Source: Octopus vulgaris
Lineage: Eukaryota
NCBI GenBank assembly: GCA_951406725.2
Contig: OX597814.1
Location: 79,546,001 to 79,610,000, forward strand
DNA length: 64,000 nucleotides
Direction of reading: 5' to 3'
In this document: positions 1-12,472 of the stretch, piece by piece
Numbering within the stretch: the first letter of the stretch is position 1
Layout: every line of letters starts with the position of its first letter
Notes under the pieces: generated by a model
Seen by the model: only the letters and a program-made list of their open reading frames with translations
What the model was told of the DNA's origin: nothing
Database searches by the model: none
Program-made: the position numbers and the translations under genes

Positions 1-703
1 TTTTGTGAGAGGTAAGTCATAAGTCTTAAATTATGACGGGGTTAGAAATTTGAATTTTAAATTTAACAGTAACGAAGAATATGTACATAATATACATTTT
101 TTACTCATTACAAAGATCCTTAATTTTATTGCTCTGCCATTTGTAGATTTGTAGCGTATACTCTTATGGAATTAGAAAGTAAAACAATGAAATAAACAAG
201 TGTGTATGTGTTTAAGAGAGGGATGGGAGGGGAGACAGACAGACAGACAGACCAACTGTCAGAGTGAGAGAGAGAGAGAGAGACAGAGGAAGGAAAAGGG
301 AAACAGAGAATGTGAGTGAGTGTGAGAGTAAGAGGGAGATGGAGATAGAGAATGAGAGGGAATGAAAAAAGATATCGGGATAAAACTAAAAAGAATCGAA
401 TGGACGAGATGGTATACATCTTGACGCATGAACTTGTCTACGAAGCGAAGTTATCTCTAAAAAATCTTTTTAGTTTTCTCTTGACACGAAGAGAGCTGAG
501 GGAAAAAAAAAATAAGGGTGAGAAAATGAAAGATAGAAAGAGTGAATGAAAGGAAGAAAGAGGTTGGGCAACAAACGGGTTCAGTTTGTGACATTGACAC
601 ATAGATGAATGGGAGAAAGTCTCTGTGAGAAACAAAGCGAAGAAACGGTGACATATGACACAAAGACAAACAGGTCGATGGAAGAGTCCCAAGAGACAGA
701 GAA

Positions 704-704
<1 letters not shown>

Positions 705-743
<39 letters not shown>

Positions 744-1125
744 TGTGTGTGTGTGTGTGTCTGTGTATATAATTATATATATATACACACACACGCATAT
801 ATATATGTATATATAATCTATATATACATAAATATGTATATATGTATATATGTATGTATATATATATGTACATCTATGTGTGTATATATATATATATATG
901 CATACACACGTATTCATCTCTAATTGCACATACATATAAAAATATATATCTACATAAATATATAAAACATATATCTAGATAAATATGTACAGACACGCAT
1001 GTACACAAACACACACATACGGACACATATATTATGCGTATACACATACACACACGTATATATACACATACACACAGACACATACACGCAGGAACATAGA
1101 CGCAGGAACATACACACACACTGGC
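705..1125. repeat. Compound (TA)n/(TG)n/(CA)n microsatellite
   Basis: Read directly; representative of dozens of similar arrays (e.g. 1560-1895, 29900-31620, 39100-40810, 53900-54950, 57290-57620). Confidence 0.95.
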
Positions 1126-1564
1126 ACACACTAAAGACTCAATCTTCCACATAAAGAACAATAAATAGTTAATCTATTGTTAATATATTTAATGTAGCGA
1201 GCATCAAAAATTTAATTAGAAATACTTTCTAATTAGATTTTTCATACTCACAAACTTAACTATTGTTTTTCATATGCATGGCGCCTCTGAGTAATTAACC
1301 TCTGTGATCGATTTTTTTTAATATGCTAATTTTTTCTTTTTACACGAACTCATGCGCAAATTGTATATCTACTTAATAATTCGATCATCAATACCTCGGT
1401 AATTACTTACTGAAATGATTAAAGCAGTCTTAGTAATCGAGCTAATGTCTTATCTTCAGCGTATAAATATTTCTAATTAGATTTTTGAAGCTTACTCCAT
1501 CAAATGTTAAATATAACTTAAATATGCCTACATCAACCCCACCCCCACACAGAAATGTATATAT

Positions 1565-1634
<70 letters not shown>

Positions 1635-1740
1635 TATATATGTATATATATACATATATACATATGTATATGTATATATATATGTATATGTATATATATA
1701 TGTATATGTATATATATATATGTATATGTATATATATATG

Positions 1741-1777
<37 letters not shown>

Positions 1778-1840
1778 AGTATATGTATATATATATATAT
1801 ATACGTATGTATATACATGTATACACACACATACACACAT

Positions 1841-1895
<55 letters not shown>

Positions 1896-1902
1896 ATATG
1901 AC

Positions 1903-2075
1903 AGATGCAGGCTTGGCTGTGTAGTAAGGAGTTTACTTGTCAACCACATGGTTCCTGACTCAGTCCCTCTGCGTAGCCCCTTAGGCAAGCGTCTTCTACT
2001 ATGACCTCGAACAGACTAAAGCTTTGGTAGATGGAAACTGAGTAGAGCCCGTCGTACATATGTGCTTGTGTGTGT

Positions 2076-2149
<74 letters not shown>

Positions 2150-2335
2150 ATCTTTGTATCTGTGTTTGTCTCCCATGAACGCTAGGTGTCTGATATCTTT
2201 AAATTCATATAAATTAGCGGTTCTGGAAAATTCCCTAATAGAATAAGTACCAGGCTTTAAAAGATTAAGTACTGGGTTAGATTCGTACAACTAAAATTCT
2301 TCAAGACTGTATCTCAGCATACCCAAAGCCTAAAA
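1903..2335 (+). mobile_element. tRNA-derived SINE family B (internal (TG)n microsatellite), diverged copy
   Basis: Head GGCTGTGTAGTAAG...CTCAGTCCC, body CCTTAGGCAAGCGTC, internal (TG)n, then GAATAAGTACCAGGC; same layout recurs at 11300, 13225, 25056, 32490 and 55378. Confidence 0.75.
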
Positions 2336-2358
2336 ATAAAACATATATAAATACATAC

Positions 2359-2429
<71 letters not shown>

Positions 2430-2538
2430 TTATAGCAAGAAGTTCAAAATGGAGGGAATCCAGTGGTAGTATTCGTCAGCTGTAGTACTACATCTTATTA
2501 TGTCTATTTATTTATTTTAAACAGTGCAGATAATATAT

Positions 2539-2598
2539 AAATACGTGTGTAAAGTACTAGTAATTTCTAGAAATTACTAGTACTTTACACACGTATTT
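2539..2598. repeat. Perfect 60-bp palindrome
   Basis: AAATACGTGTGTAAAGTACTAGTAATTTCT|AGAAATTACTAGTACTTTACACACGTATTT; 30 consecutive pairs checked by hand, centre 2568/2569. Confidence 0.95.
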
Positions 2599-2819
2599 CC
2601 ACCATTTTCTTTTTGCCATATAAATTAAGGATAAAACCACTTATTAGCTTTGCCTAATTATTATACTCAGTAGTATAATTGTCACGCAACAACCAGCACT
2701 TGTGTATTAATTAAGTGTTCTAACAGATGTATATTGGATAGATACTATCCCTTAGTTGGTTGGATTCACAACCTCTAACCCTCTTTGAATTATATATATA
2801 TATATAAACTTAGATAAAC

Positions 2820-5800
2820 TTAGATATGTTTCGACCAAAGATTGGTCCAGGCCATGTCTAACTTAATAGCACCACCTGATAGGATTATTCGAATCCTGTT
2901 TAAGTCAAGTTTTGTTTGAGTCAAGTTTTGTTCAAGTAGTGAGTTCTTGTTGGGTGAGTTGTATCCAGTTTTGTTCAAGTAGTGAGTTCTTGTTGGGTGA
3001 GTTGTATCCAATTATGGGTGGCTTATCTGGTATTCTTTGAAGGAATCTATCCAGACTCTGTTTAAAGTTGATGGGATCCTTTTCCTCTTTGATCTCCCTC
3101 GGGACAATGTTAAATAGGGCAGGGCCTATTGAGGAAAAGAAATTATGTTGCAGTGTACATGTATGTTGTGATCTTGAATTGGGCAGGGGACGTATAGCCC
3201 GTGGTCCAAGTCTTGGATGAACCTTGAAGCTAATGTTTAGGTCGTTTGGGCAAAGTTGGCGGTATATTTTCCACATCGTACAAATGACGTACCGCTCACG
3301 GCGACGCTGGAGGGAGTAAAGTTTCAAGGCTTTAAGGCGATCCCAATAATCGAGAGTAGCCATGCCTTCAATTCGTTTAGTGAGTGCCCTCTGGGGTGAC
3401 TCAATTCTGGAGATGTTTTGTCTTGTGTGAGGAGACCACAGTGGGCAGCAATATTCAAGGTGTGGCCGTACAAAGGAGGAAAAAAGTGGTATGATGACAC
3501 CTTGTTCTCTGGACCGGAAAGTTCTTAAGATCCAGGAACTCATCCTACGAGCTATATCGACCTTCTTGTTGATGTGTGCACTCCAACTGAGATCGTCATC
3601 AACAATTACACCCAGGTCTCTGATATTGTTAGAGGCTGTGAGCGGTTCCCCTGAAGGAAGAGAGTATGGTTGTTTTAGTGAGGAATTTCTTCCAAAATGC
3701 ATCAGCTCAAATTTTCCCTCATTCAGTTGCATTTTGTTTCTGTCTGCCCATTGACTCACAGCATATAGGTCAGACTGGAGTTGAGTTCGGTCTGCTTCTT
3801 CATTGACGATTTGCTGGAGCTTAGTGTCATCAGCAAATATTTTCACTTTGCAGTAATGTAATGCACAGTAATGCACTGGAAAGGTCGTTTACGTAAATTA
3901 TGAAGAGTAGCGGACCCAAAACAGTTCCCTGGGGAACACCGCTGGTGACTTTTGCTGGGTTTGAGTGGACTCCATCAACTACAACATGTTGTGTTCTATT
4001 CGCCAGGAAATACTTAATCCAGTGTAGAACTTTTCCACGGATTCCAACATTTGCCAATTTTGAGAGTAGGATGTTATGATCTACCCTGTCGAACGCTTTA
4101 CTGAAGTCAAGATATATGACGTCAGAGTTCGAACCTGTTCCCAAGGCTTTGAGTACATCTTCAATGTGGTGTAAGAGCTGTGTTAGACAGTCCCTGCTAC
4201 AGCGAAAGCCATGCTGATTTGCATTTAGGAGTTTGTGGGTCTCCGGGAAGTCAGCTATCCTTGATCTTAACACTCTTTCAAACACTTTAATGATGTGGGA
4301 GGTGAGTGAGATTGGGCGATAGTTGACTGCGAGGGATCTGTTTCCCTGTTTGAAAACCGGGATGACCGACTGGGATAGAAACTGTTTCGGTATATAACCT
4401 GCCTTTAACGAATTTCTCCAGAGGTTGGTCAGAGGGACTGCAAGTTGGTATCTACATTCCTTCAGGAGACTTGCGGGAAATCTATCAGGGCCTACAGCAG
4501 AGTAATGTTTGACCTCATTTATTGCTGCTACGATGTCAGTGGCAGTGAAGGTTATGTCTGAGATTTTGTGTTGGGAGTCAACTTCGTTCGTTTCCCTTGC
4601 GTCAATATCAGTGGGAACACTAAAGACAGAGCAGTATTGTTTCTGCAGTATTTCTGCCATTTCTTTAGCATCGTGTTGGGGAATGCCGTTATCATCAATC
4701 AATGGCCCAATGGGTGAGACAGTGGTTCTATGCTTATTTGCATAAGAATAGAACACTTTTGGGTTCTGTTTGATGTTTTTGATTACCCATTGTTCCTCCA
4801 CAGCTCTTTGATTTTCAATGGAGGTTTTCATGTTGGTTTGCAGATGAAGTTTTTCCAGCTCTAGTCTTTTCATTGTTGTTGAATGTGGATGTTGTGTGTG
4901 GGAATATTTTAATTGGTTGATTTTTTTGTTGAGTCTTTTGATGCGCCTGATGAGTGTTTTTTTGTTTTTAGGGGGCCGGTTTCTGTTTGTGTTAGTAGAT
5001 TTCTTGGGAGCGTGTTTAGAGCATGTATAGGTGACAATGTTTTCAAAGTACTGCCACGCGGTCTCAATATGAGAGGAATTGAGAGTAAAAGACCAGTCGA
5101 TGGAAGACAGATCCTTTCTGATTGTTCCCCAGTCCGCTTTGTGGAAGTTTATGTTGTCAAATGGGTGCCATGGAGTGGGATTGGCTAGTTTGGTTTTTAT
5201 ATGTCGGGAATTAAGATTGCAGAGTACCATGTCGTGGTCTGAGAGGAAAGTTTTTTCGACTGAAATACTGTGAACGTAGCTAGAGTGATTGGTCAATACC
5301 AGATCCAAGATCGTTTTATTCTGTCTCGTTGGTTCGAGCAGAAGCTGAGTCAGGAAGTATTATTCATCCATTAGATTAAAGAGCAGTTCCGCTGCTGCTC
5401 TATCTGATGTAGAGCACTTGCCTAACTTTAGAGTATTTGTGGGCCAGTTCACATGAGGGAGGTTAAAATCACCCATCACTAGTATGTTTCCGGAGTGGTA
5501 CTTCCGAAGGAAGGACTTGACTTTACTAAGGCACTCTTCAAAGTACTTTAGAGGTGCCTGGGGAGGCCTGTAAAGACCAACAATGGTTATGTCCTTGGCT
5601 TTGTTGTATAGTGATACCGATTCACAGTAGCCATTGGGAAATATGTCCTTGGCATCAAGTGAAAAGGAGTCATGGATAAAGATGGCTGTCCCTCCCTTAT
5701 TTCGGTCTGTGCGATCCGCACAAACAATGGTGAAATCTTTTATTTTCACCTCTGCGTTCATATGGGTGTTGTTCAGGTGAGTCTCGGTAAGGATAAAGAA

Positions 5801-5953
5801 AGGGAAGCAATATACTATTTCGGCAAGCCAACTCTCTATATATGGGATCTTCCATTTTTGGGCAATAATTGATGGGTTGATGCCACGTACATTTAACAGG
5901 AATGTCGAGGTAAGGGAAGTTGGTAATGGGTGAGTGGTCCTTGTGATTTGCAT
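2820..5953 (-). pseudogene. LINE ORF2 (APE endonuclease + reverse transcriptase), disrupted
   Basis: EN motifs LNVRG, ETHL, YRPP, GDFN, LDLV, SDH; RT motifs NYRPISL, QHGFR, DFSKAFD, GVPQG, YVND..FADD. In-frame stop at 5360-5362, frameshift at ~3860-3878 (10-bp duplication) and a 43-bp duplication at 2925-3010. Confidence 0.92.
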
Positions 5954-6320
5954 AGATGGTTGGTGATAGCTCGCTGGATCTCCTGGCTTAGGTCGGCCTT
6001 CATATTTTCTAGGTATGTCAGTGAAAAAGAGTTACTTGTTTGGTTTGCCACTTGGTCAGAGGATACATATTTCATGTTGGCGTTGTTTGGTGTTTTTTCA
6101 TGGTTCTGTCTACGTTGTTTGATTGTGGGAGGGGAAACGTGGTTGTATTTTGTTCTTGTTGTTGTCCTAGATTTCCTCTGTTCTTGTTTATATTTATTCT
6201 GTGATCGTTTTGTGCCCTTCAGATGGTGGTGGTTGCATTCTGGGTTCAGGCACATCTTTTGTGAGACAGAAGTTTGGCACAGTTTAGGATGGAATAAGGT
6301 GCATCCATTGCCTTTTAGGG
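5893..6320 (-). pseudogene. LINE ORF1 C-terminal fragment with CCCH zinc finger
   Basis: Frame extended upstream of the tracked Met reads GCTLFHPKLCQTSVSQKMCLNPECNHHHLKGT (C-x8-C-x4-C-x3-H); overlaps the ORF2 start by about 60 nt. Confidence 0.7.
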
Positions 6321-6479
6321 GTGGTATTGAAAATTTCTTCGCTTAGAGGAAATTTGCAAAGGCCTGGCTGGAGGCCCAACCTTCCGAGTTCTTTTACAGC
6401 GCTTAGAAGTACCGCTGCAATAATCTGAGAGGGGAATATGTTCAAGAAAATCATAACTAAATGATCTTCGTTTATTTTC

Positions 6480-6533
<54 letters not shown>

Positions 6534-6687
6534 GAGGAAAGTACCCGCATGCTAGAAATAGAAATCAAAACGACCCTAAACTACCTAAATCACTTATATG
6601 CACTTGTGGAAGTGAGGAAATGAGTAAAAACAGATGACTAGCGGACCTTTTGTTAATAAAAAATCACAAGTAATAAACAGATGATCC

Positions 6688-6742
6688 CATATCAATCGAT
6701 TTCAGGCCCTGTAGTAAAAGCTTAGCCCTCGTCAGTTAGATT
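6688..6742 (-). ncRNA. Degenerate type I hammerhead ribozyme in a cassette next to (TA)n
   Basis: Minus strand: CTGACGA-GGGCT...GGCCT-GAAA-TCGA-TT; palindromic stem III ATCGAT; stem I pairs poorly. Confidence 0.55.
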
Positions 6743-6885
6743 TACCGCAAATAAGTATATATATGTCAATGTATTCACATGTATATACTTTTCCCTGTAT
6801 TCTTCATTATAATTTTATATTCATATATAATTATAGACTTGTATTAATTTTTACCTCTACGGTCTTAAGGAATACTCGCCACTGA

Positions 6886-6952
<67 letters not shown>

Positions 6953-7502
6953 GAGTGAGAGAGCAGTTCATGCCATCAAAGTGACACTGGGGTAAAATAT
7001 ACGAAGCCTAATATACCCATCATGACTACCCGTCTGATAAGGGTACACTAGGCACATGCATCACAACCATATGTGCGCGACATGGTGATCTCATATCGAG
7101 ATAAACAGCACATGACCTTGCAGGTGGGGCCCAGTTAGAATTTTCTTCAGGTTGAGTAGCCCATCCCGCTCAAAAGGTCCCTGAATAAGGGTTGTTTAAG
7201 GATGTTGAACGAAACACCTATGTTTCCAGAGGTGAATTATTCAAACCCCAAAGAATCCCTCTCAACACATGGCTATGATGCTCCCCCACTACTTCTGCTC
7301 GTGATCAGAGATGTACATTTCGTCAGCCACTAAGGGACATGCTCAACTGGTTAAGGTCAAACAACTGACAAGCAAATCTGTGGTATTGAGCAGAATATTT
7401 GCTGTAGCCCATCTTTTATACCAAGACAAAACAATGTACATGATAACACTTCCAATCAGTTAAGATCAGAAGCCATGAGAGCCACTGCCTGGTACTGCAT
7501 CA
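6953..7502. mobile_element. ~550-bp non-coding interspersed element flanked by (TTA)n, copy 1
   Basis: Reverse complement aligns end to end with 58036-58614 and 59698-60249; (TTA)n on both sides. Confidence 0.9.
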
Positions 7503-9244
7503 TTATTATTATTATTATTTTATCCTTGAAATATGTATATGCAGGAAATGGATAAATGTTATAGGGTCGCCTCTAGGAATAGAATTTTATACTCGCTGTA
7601 AAAAAGTATACCCGTGTTAACCATTACGCATTACGCAGCATGAACTGTCTACATTAAAAGTATTATCCTCACGAGATAAGAATCTTCGTACCGGCAACGT
7701 GTCACAAGGAACTTATTCCACACAGCATAATGGTTTGGTATTATATATAATTTGTATATAAAAAAGGCGTCGACTTTTAGGAGTATGCCTTAATGTTCAT
7801 ATGAGTCTTCACTATTCAACATACCATAGGAAAATCAAAAAATTGTACCCTGAAGGGAGAGCTTTAGACTTAATTGTTCAGTGTAGAAATCACAGGTGCT
7901 ACACTGGCGATTCCAAACACAGCTTCCAAAAATAGGAATGCTGATTCATCCATCGTCTTGCAGCAATGAAGAGAAGAAATGTAAGCAAGAGAGTCAAACT
8001 GCAGGAGACAATGGGAAGGGCAAGAAAGAAACTAAAACGTAAAAGAAAGGAATCACACCCATCCCCACCCAAGATGAAGTGAGCAAAGACATCGCATTGA
8101 AGTTCATAGCTCATCATACAAAAAAAAAGGAGAAGAAAAAAAGTAGGACTTCTGAAAGACATAACGGATGTATATGGCTATTTAGGGACAAATTCGATAC
8201 AGTTTAGCAAGGAAATTGGGTCCAGTTATGTGGATTGTATGAAAGAGAAAATATTAATAAAAATATCCGAACAAGTTTCCGGACAGCTTTACATAAAACA
8301 TCACCAGATAATAAACGTTTCCTTGGTCACTTTAACTTCAAAACAGTTCAACTGCATCATTGAGATGTACGTAAATTGTGAAATAAGAAAAAGACATGAT
8401 AGGAGGAGAGAATAATAGTTAGAAGAAGATCTGGTGTGATGTATGTATGTATGTATGTATGTATGTATGTATGTATGTATGTAGGTGCGGTTTGTGTGTA
8501 TATGTATACGTGTGTGTGTATATCTATGTATGAGTATTTATGTTAATAAAGAAACTGTTGTTATGTATTCTGGATGAGTTCTGGCAGAATTATTAGACGG
8601 AGAGAAAATAACATTATATATTTCTTCCTATTCTTGATAATCTGGTTTCAAATCCTACCTAAGTCAACATTGTCTTTTATCCTTTCAAGGTGGATGAATA
8701 AAGTAGCAGTCAAGCGATGTGTTTGATGATGTCGACTGATCCCCGCCTCTCAAAATTACCGGTCTAGTGTCTTAATCAGTAATAATAATTAGTATTCACA
8801 TTAATGCGGTGAGCTGAGAGAACTACTGTAGTTTGATGTGATGATTCCTGCCACCAAAATTTCTGGTTTTGTGCTTTTGCTGGAAATCAAAGTAGCATTA
8901 TCTTGATAAACATGTTTGGATTTAATCTGAAATCTTAAGGAACAACATGAGATAATTTCAAGCTATCACTTAGGGAGAGTTTGAAATTGATTTTCTTACT
9001 TCTCTGTAATCTGAACTCAAAGTTTACATGGATTAATTTGAATTGTAGTTAACCTGAAATTGCTGAGTAGTGGGAATTGAAATCAGAAGGGAAACATGCG
9101 TAACAAAATATTGTTCCCCGTTTAGTTCTGTTATATTAGAATCTCTGCTACATGAATCTCACTATTTACTTACTATTACCATAACACAAAACATGAACAC
9201 CGAGAAATGTGACGTTAAGGCTGATCGTACAAAAGGAGCATTTA

Positions 9245-9462
9245 CATGATTTGCTCGACCTGCTACCAAGAAATAACAGCAAAATCTCCCTAAAAAAAAA
9301 GAAATCCGCTTGCCATGAAACACTATACAAAAAAACGGGATGCCTTTGATAATGTTGTCCTACATACATTATGCCTGAATAAAAGACGGAATGGTCACAG
9401 CTGGAACGCCTTTGATCATAGGTCCGTTCGATCAGAGCTGACCTGAGGCTAATCAACAACAA
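9245..9462 (+). mobile_element. Short interspersed repeat family D ((CAA)n-ended), representative copy
   Basis: ...AAATCTCCCT...TTTGATCATAGG..GATCAGAGCTGACCTG..AACAACAA; diverged copies near 12660(-), 18460(-), 19800(+), 36160(+), 43950(+), 44225(-), 47080(-) and 62720(-). Confidence 0.6.
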
Positions 9463-10356
9463 GTTTTTCACAAGGAACAATATTAATACCCCGCCTCTCA
9501 CTGATACGTGTGCAGAAACATACACATATAAACGCGTGTACATTCACACAAATACATAAATATAAATAATATAAAACAAATACAAAGAATGGATAAAATA
9601 AAATGAATAAATACATAAGTCAGTAAATAAATAAATGTCATAGTTTGGTAGTGTTGGCAGATAGATATTTTGTTGTTGAAAAATAGTGAGAGGAAAGAAA
9701 AGAGAGGAGAAACACTTCTTTCGAACAAATGCGATGCACACAAAAGCCATTTTTCTTTTTCTGTGTTGGTGTCAATAAATGTTGAGATTGCATGGTTGGT
9801 AGACACAAGTGATCGATCTTTTTTTTTTTGTTTCTTTGTCCTTCCCATAAGACTAACTTTTAACCTGTGACCTGCTCCCTCAATAGCCTCGAGACAGACA
9901 AGCATGACAACCAAAACCAACATGCATTTATTTATTTTATTTTTGCATTTGATTACTTTTACTTTTATTTATTGTTTTCATTCATTTTTTTTTCATTTTC
10001 ACTCAGTTTTTTTCTTTAAATTCTTTTTGACGAATCCTTTAATACATCCAATCATCCATCCATCCATTCTGTCAACCAACCAACTAACCATCCATCCAAC
10101 CATCCAACCAGCCAACAAACCGCCAGCCGACCGATCGACTCACTGACCCACCGATCCACCGACCAACCGGCCCAACATCACCAAACAATCTAATAAAACA
10201 GCTTTACTAAGACTATTTCTATAATGCAGCGTCATGAGTCACATTATTGTCTATTTCGGCGGTAAATATAATAAAATTGCAACCATTCAGAGAAGATTAG
10301 ATTGGTTTTTGCTCATCATTGACTTCAACATTCGTGAAGCGTTCCACATTATATAC

Positions 10357-10806
10357 GGTGGTGGATTAGCAGAATCGATAAAATATGGAATAAGATGCAT
10401 TCCTTCATTCAATTAATTTTACGCCATGAGTTCAAGTCCCACTGAAGTCGACTTTACCTTTCAAATAAGGTCAATTTTTTTTTTATTGAAGTTGTTATGT
10501 AATTGACTATCGCCTTATACCAAATTGCGTATCCTTGTACCAAAATTAGAAACTAGTCGCCGAAGTCGATTTTGCATATCGGGGTCGATAAAATAAGTAC
10601 CAGTTGAACAGTGTGGTCGATGAAATCGACGTATTCCCTCACCCCAACTTGCTGACCTTGTGTCAAAATTTGAAATCAATATTAGAAACCAGTCATCGAG
10701 GTCGACGTTGCCTTTCATCCTTTCAACAGCACTGGGGTCGATGTGGTCGACTCACCTCTTCCTCGAATTGCTGGCCTTAAGCCAAAATTTGAAACCAGTA
10801 TTAGAA
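10357..10806. mobile_element. Cluster of fragmented SINE family A copies
   Basis: Repeated GTCGAC..GCCTTTCATCC, GGGGTCGATAAAATAAGTACC and CCTTGTG..AAAATTTGAAA modules in tandem and inverted arrangement. Confidence 0.7.
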
Positions 10807-11299
10807 AGTAGCAGTGCTAGTGGAAAATGCGCGAGTATTTTAAAAACTTTAACTCTATAAAAACTATGAAACGCATAATATCTTTTTCGGAATTGTATTT
10901 TTCCTGCAACCTTCGATTTTTGAGACAGTGTAAAATCTTATATGTGTAGTATTGAAGGTGCAGTCTTACAAAAGAACATCTTTCAAAGCTATATTATTTA
11001 TTATACACTTATCACTTCTTTGTCCTTGAAAGTTATTATCTATTTTTTTTCACCTTAATTCGAGAAGTAAACCACCTTAATTATTAAGCATAATGGAAGA
11101 TATAGTATATCTATGATATTGTATTGCTACATTGGTAAAGTGTAAGCTATTCTTAAGACGTTGTGTTCTATCCTTATTTTCTTATCCGAAAAATGTTTAT
11201 CTGGTTGAACTTAAACCCACGATCCCATTGAGCATCGTATAGTCATTGCGCCAATGACCCGAGGAATCTAATAAATAAATAAGATCTGTAATTTAGCCA

Positions 11300-11469
11300 C
11301 CGGCATAACTTTATGATAAAAAGTTCGCTTCCTAATCATATCTTCGTAATCATATCTTTCTGGGTTCGATCCCAATGTGTTACCATATGCGCAAGTGTCT
11401 CTTATACAACCTCAAACTGGTTAATGCTTTGAATGAAATTTAGTCGGCACAAACTGCATGGAAGCGCGC

Positions 11470-11501
<32 letters not shown>

Positions 11502-11695
11502 TGTATGTATGTATGTATGTATGTATGTATGTATGTGTTTATATTTATGCTGCTCATAAAGACAGTGATTTGGCAAATACACATTGATTAGATAGGAACC
11601 AAACTTTAAAATGAGTACTTGGGTCGATAAACTCGACTAAACCATTGAAAGCAATGCCCCAGTATGGCTACAATGCAATGTTCAGTAAAAGATTA
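11300..11695 (+). mobile_element. SINE family B, diverged, internal (TATG)n
   Basis: GGGTTCGATCCC B-box-like motif, CAAGTGTCT body, and 3' GGGTCGAT...CCAGTATGGCTACA. Confidence 0.6.
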
Positions 11696-11829
11696 TATAC
11701 ATAAAACAGTATCAGTCAAATTTCTTTATGAGTAAATATAAATAACATATATGTCATGTCTCTAATAGATTGTCTTTGATTTCTTTCTGTAGTTGGTGAG
11801 TTAAACATAAATGGAAACATAATAATGGT

Positions 11830-12022
11830 TTTAAATTTTGGCACAAAGCGAGCAATTTTAGGGAAGTGGGTAAATTGATTACATCGATCCCAGTGTTCAA
11901 CTATTACTTATTTTATTGACTCCAAAATTCGACCTCAGCAGAATTTGAACTCAGAACGCAAAGACGAAATGTCGCTAAGCATTTTTCCCGGTGTGCTAAC
12001 GATTCTTCCAGTTCACCGTTTT
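11830..12022 (-). mobile_element. SINE family A
   Basis: Reverse complement contains GAATCGTTAGCAC...TTCTGAGTTCAAATT...GAGGTCGA. Confidence 0.75.
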
Positions 12023-12259
12023 CTGGAAGCAGAATAATAACAATAAAGAAATAAGCAGACAGCTAATTACACTAAGAGGAATGCATTGAGTGATTGTTAA
12101 TTACCCTTTTCTCCACTTTTCACTACTAACACGTTCCCTCCACGAAACAGGTTTCTCTACTCCACTCTTCTTCCCTCTCTCCCCTCTTTCTCTCTCCCTA
12201 TTTTTGCTTCTCCTGTTAACATACTTGATACATATACAGAGTAATATTAGGACCGTTAT

Positions 12260-12472
12260 TAAGGCGGTGAAATGGAAGATTCTTTACCGCACCGGGCAAA
12301 ATGCTTAGCGGCATTTCGTCCATCTTCTTGTTCTGAGCTCAAATTCCGCTGAAGCCTTTCGTCCTTCCGGGGCCGATAAAATAAGTACCAGCTGAGCACT
12401 GGGGTCGATGTAATTGACTTCCCCTTCCCTTGAAATTTCTGGCCTTGTGCCAAAATCTGAAACCAATATTAG
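12260..12472 (+). mobile_element. SINE family A
   Basis: AAGGCGGTGA...ATGCTTAGCGGCATTTCG...CTCAAATTCCGC...ATAAGTACCAG...GGCCTTGTGCC. Confidence 0.8.

Larger units (their letters stand above)
2806..6320 (-). mobile_element. CR1-group non-LTR retrotransposon (LINE), 5'-truncated within ORF1
   Basis: APE endonuclease plus RT ORF2 with CR1-type C-terminus (YWDRLKALKLYSLQRRRER...GPALFN..P...FKQSLD.FL), ORF1 remnant upstream, and 3' tail (ATCTAAGTTT)x2 abutting (TA)n. Confidence 0.9.

Noticed and set aside
7860-8420. Purine-rich stretch that looks coding
   Set aside because: Frames are interrupted and no family or splice pattern is recognisable.
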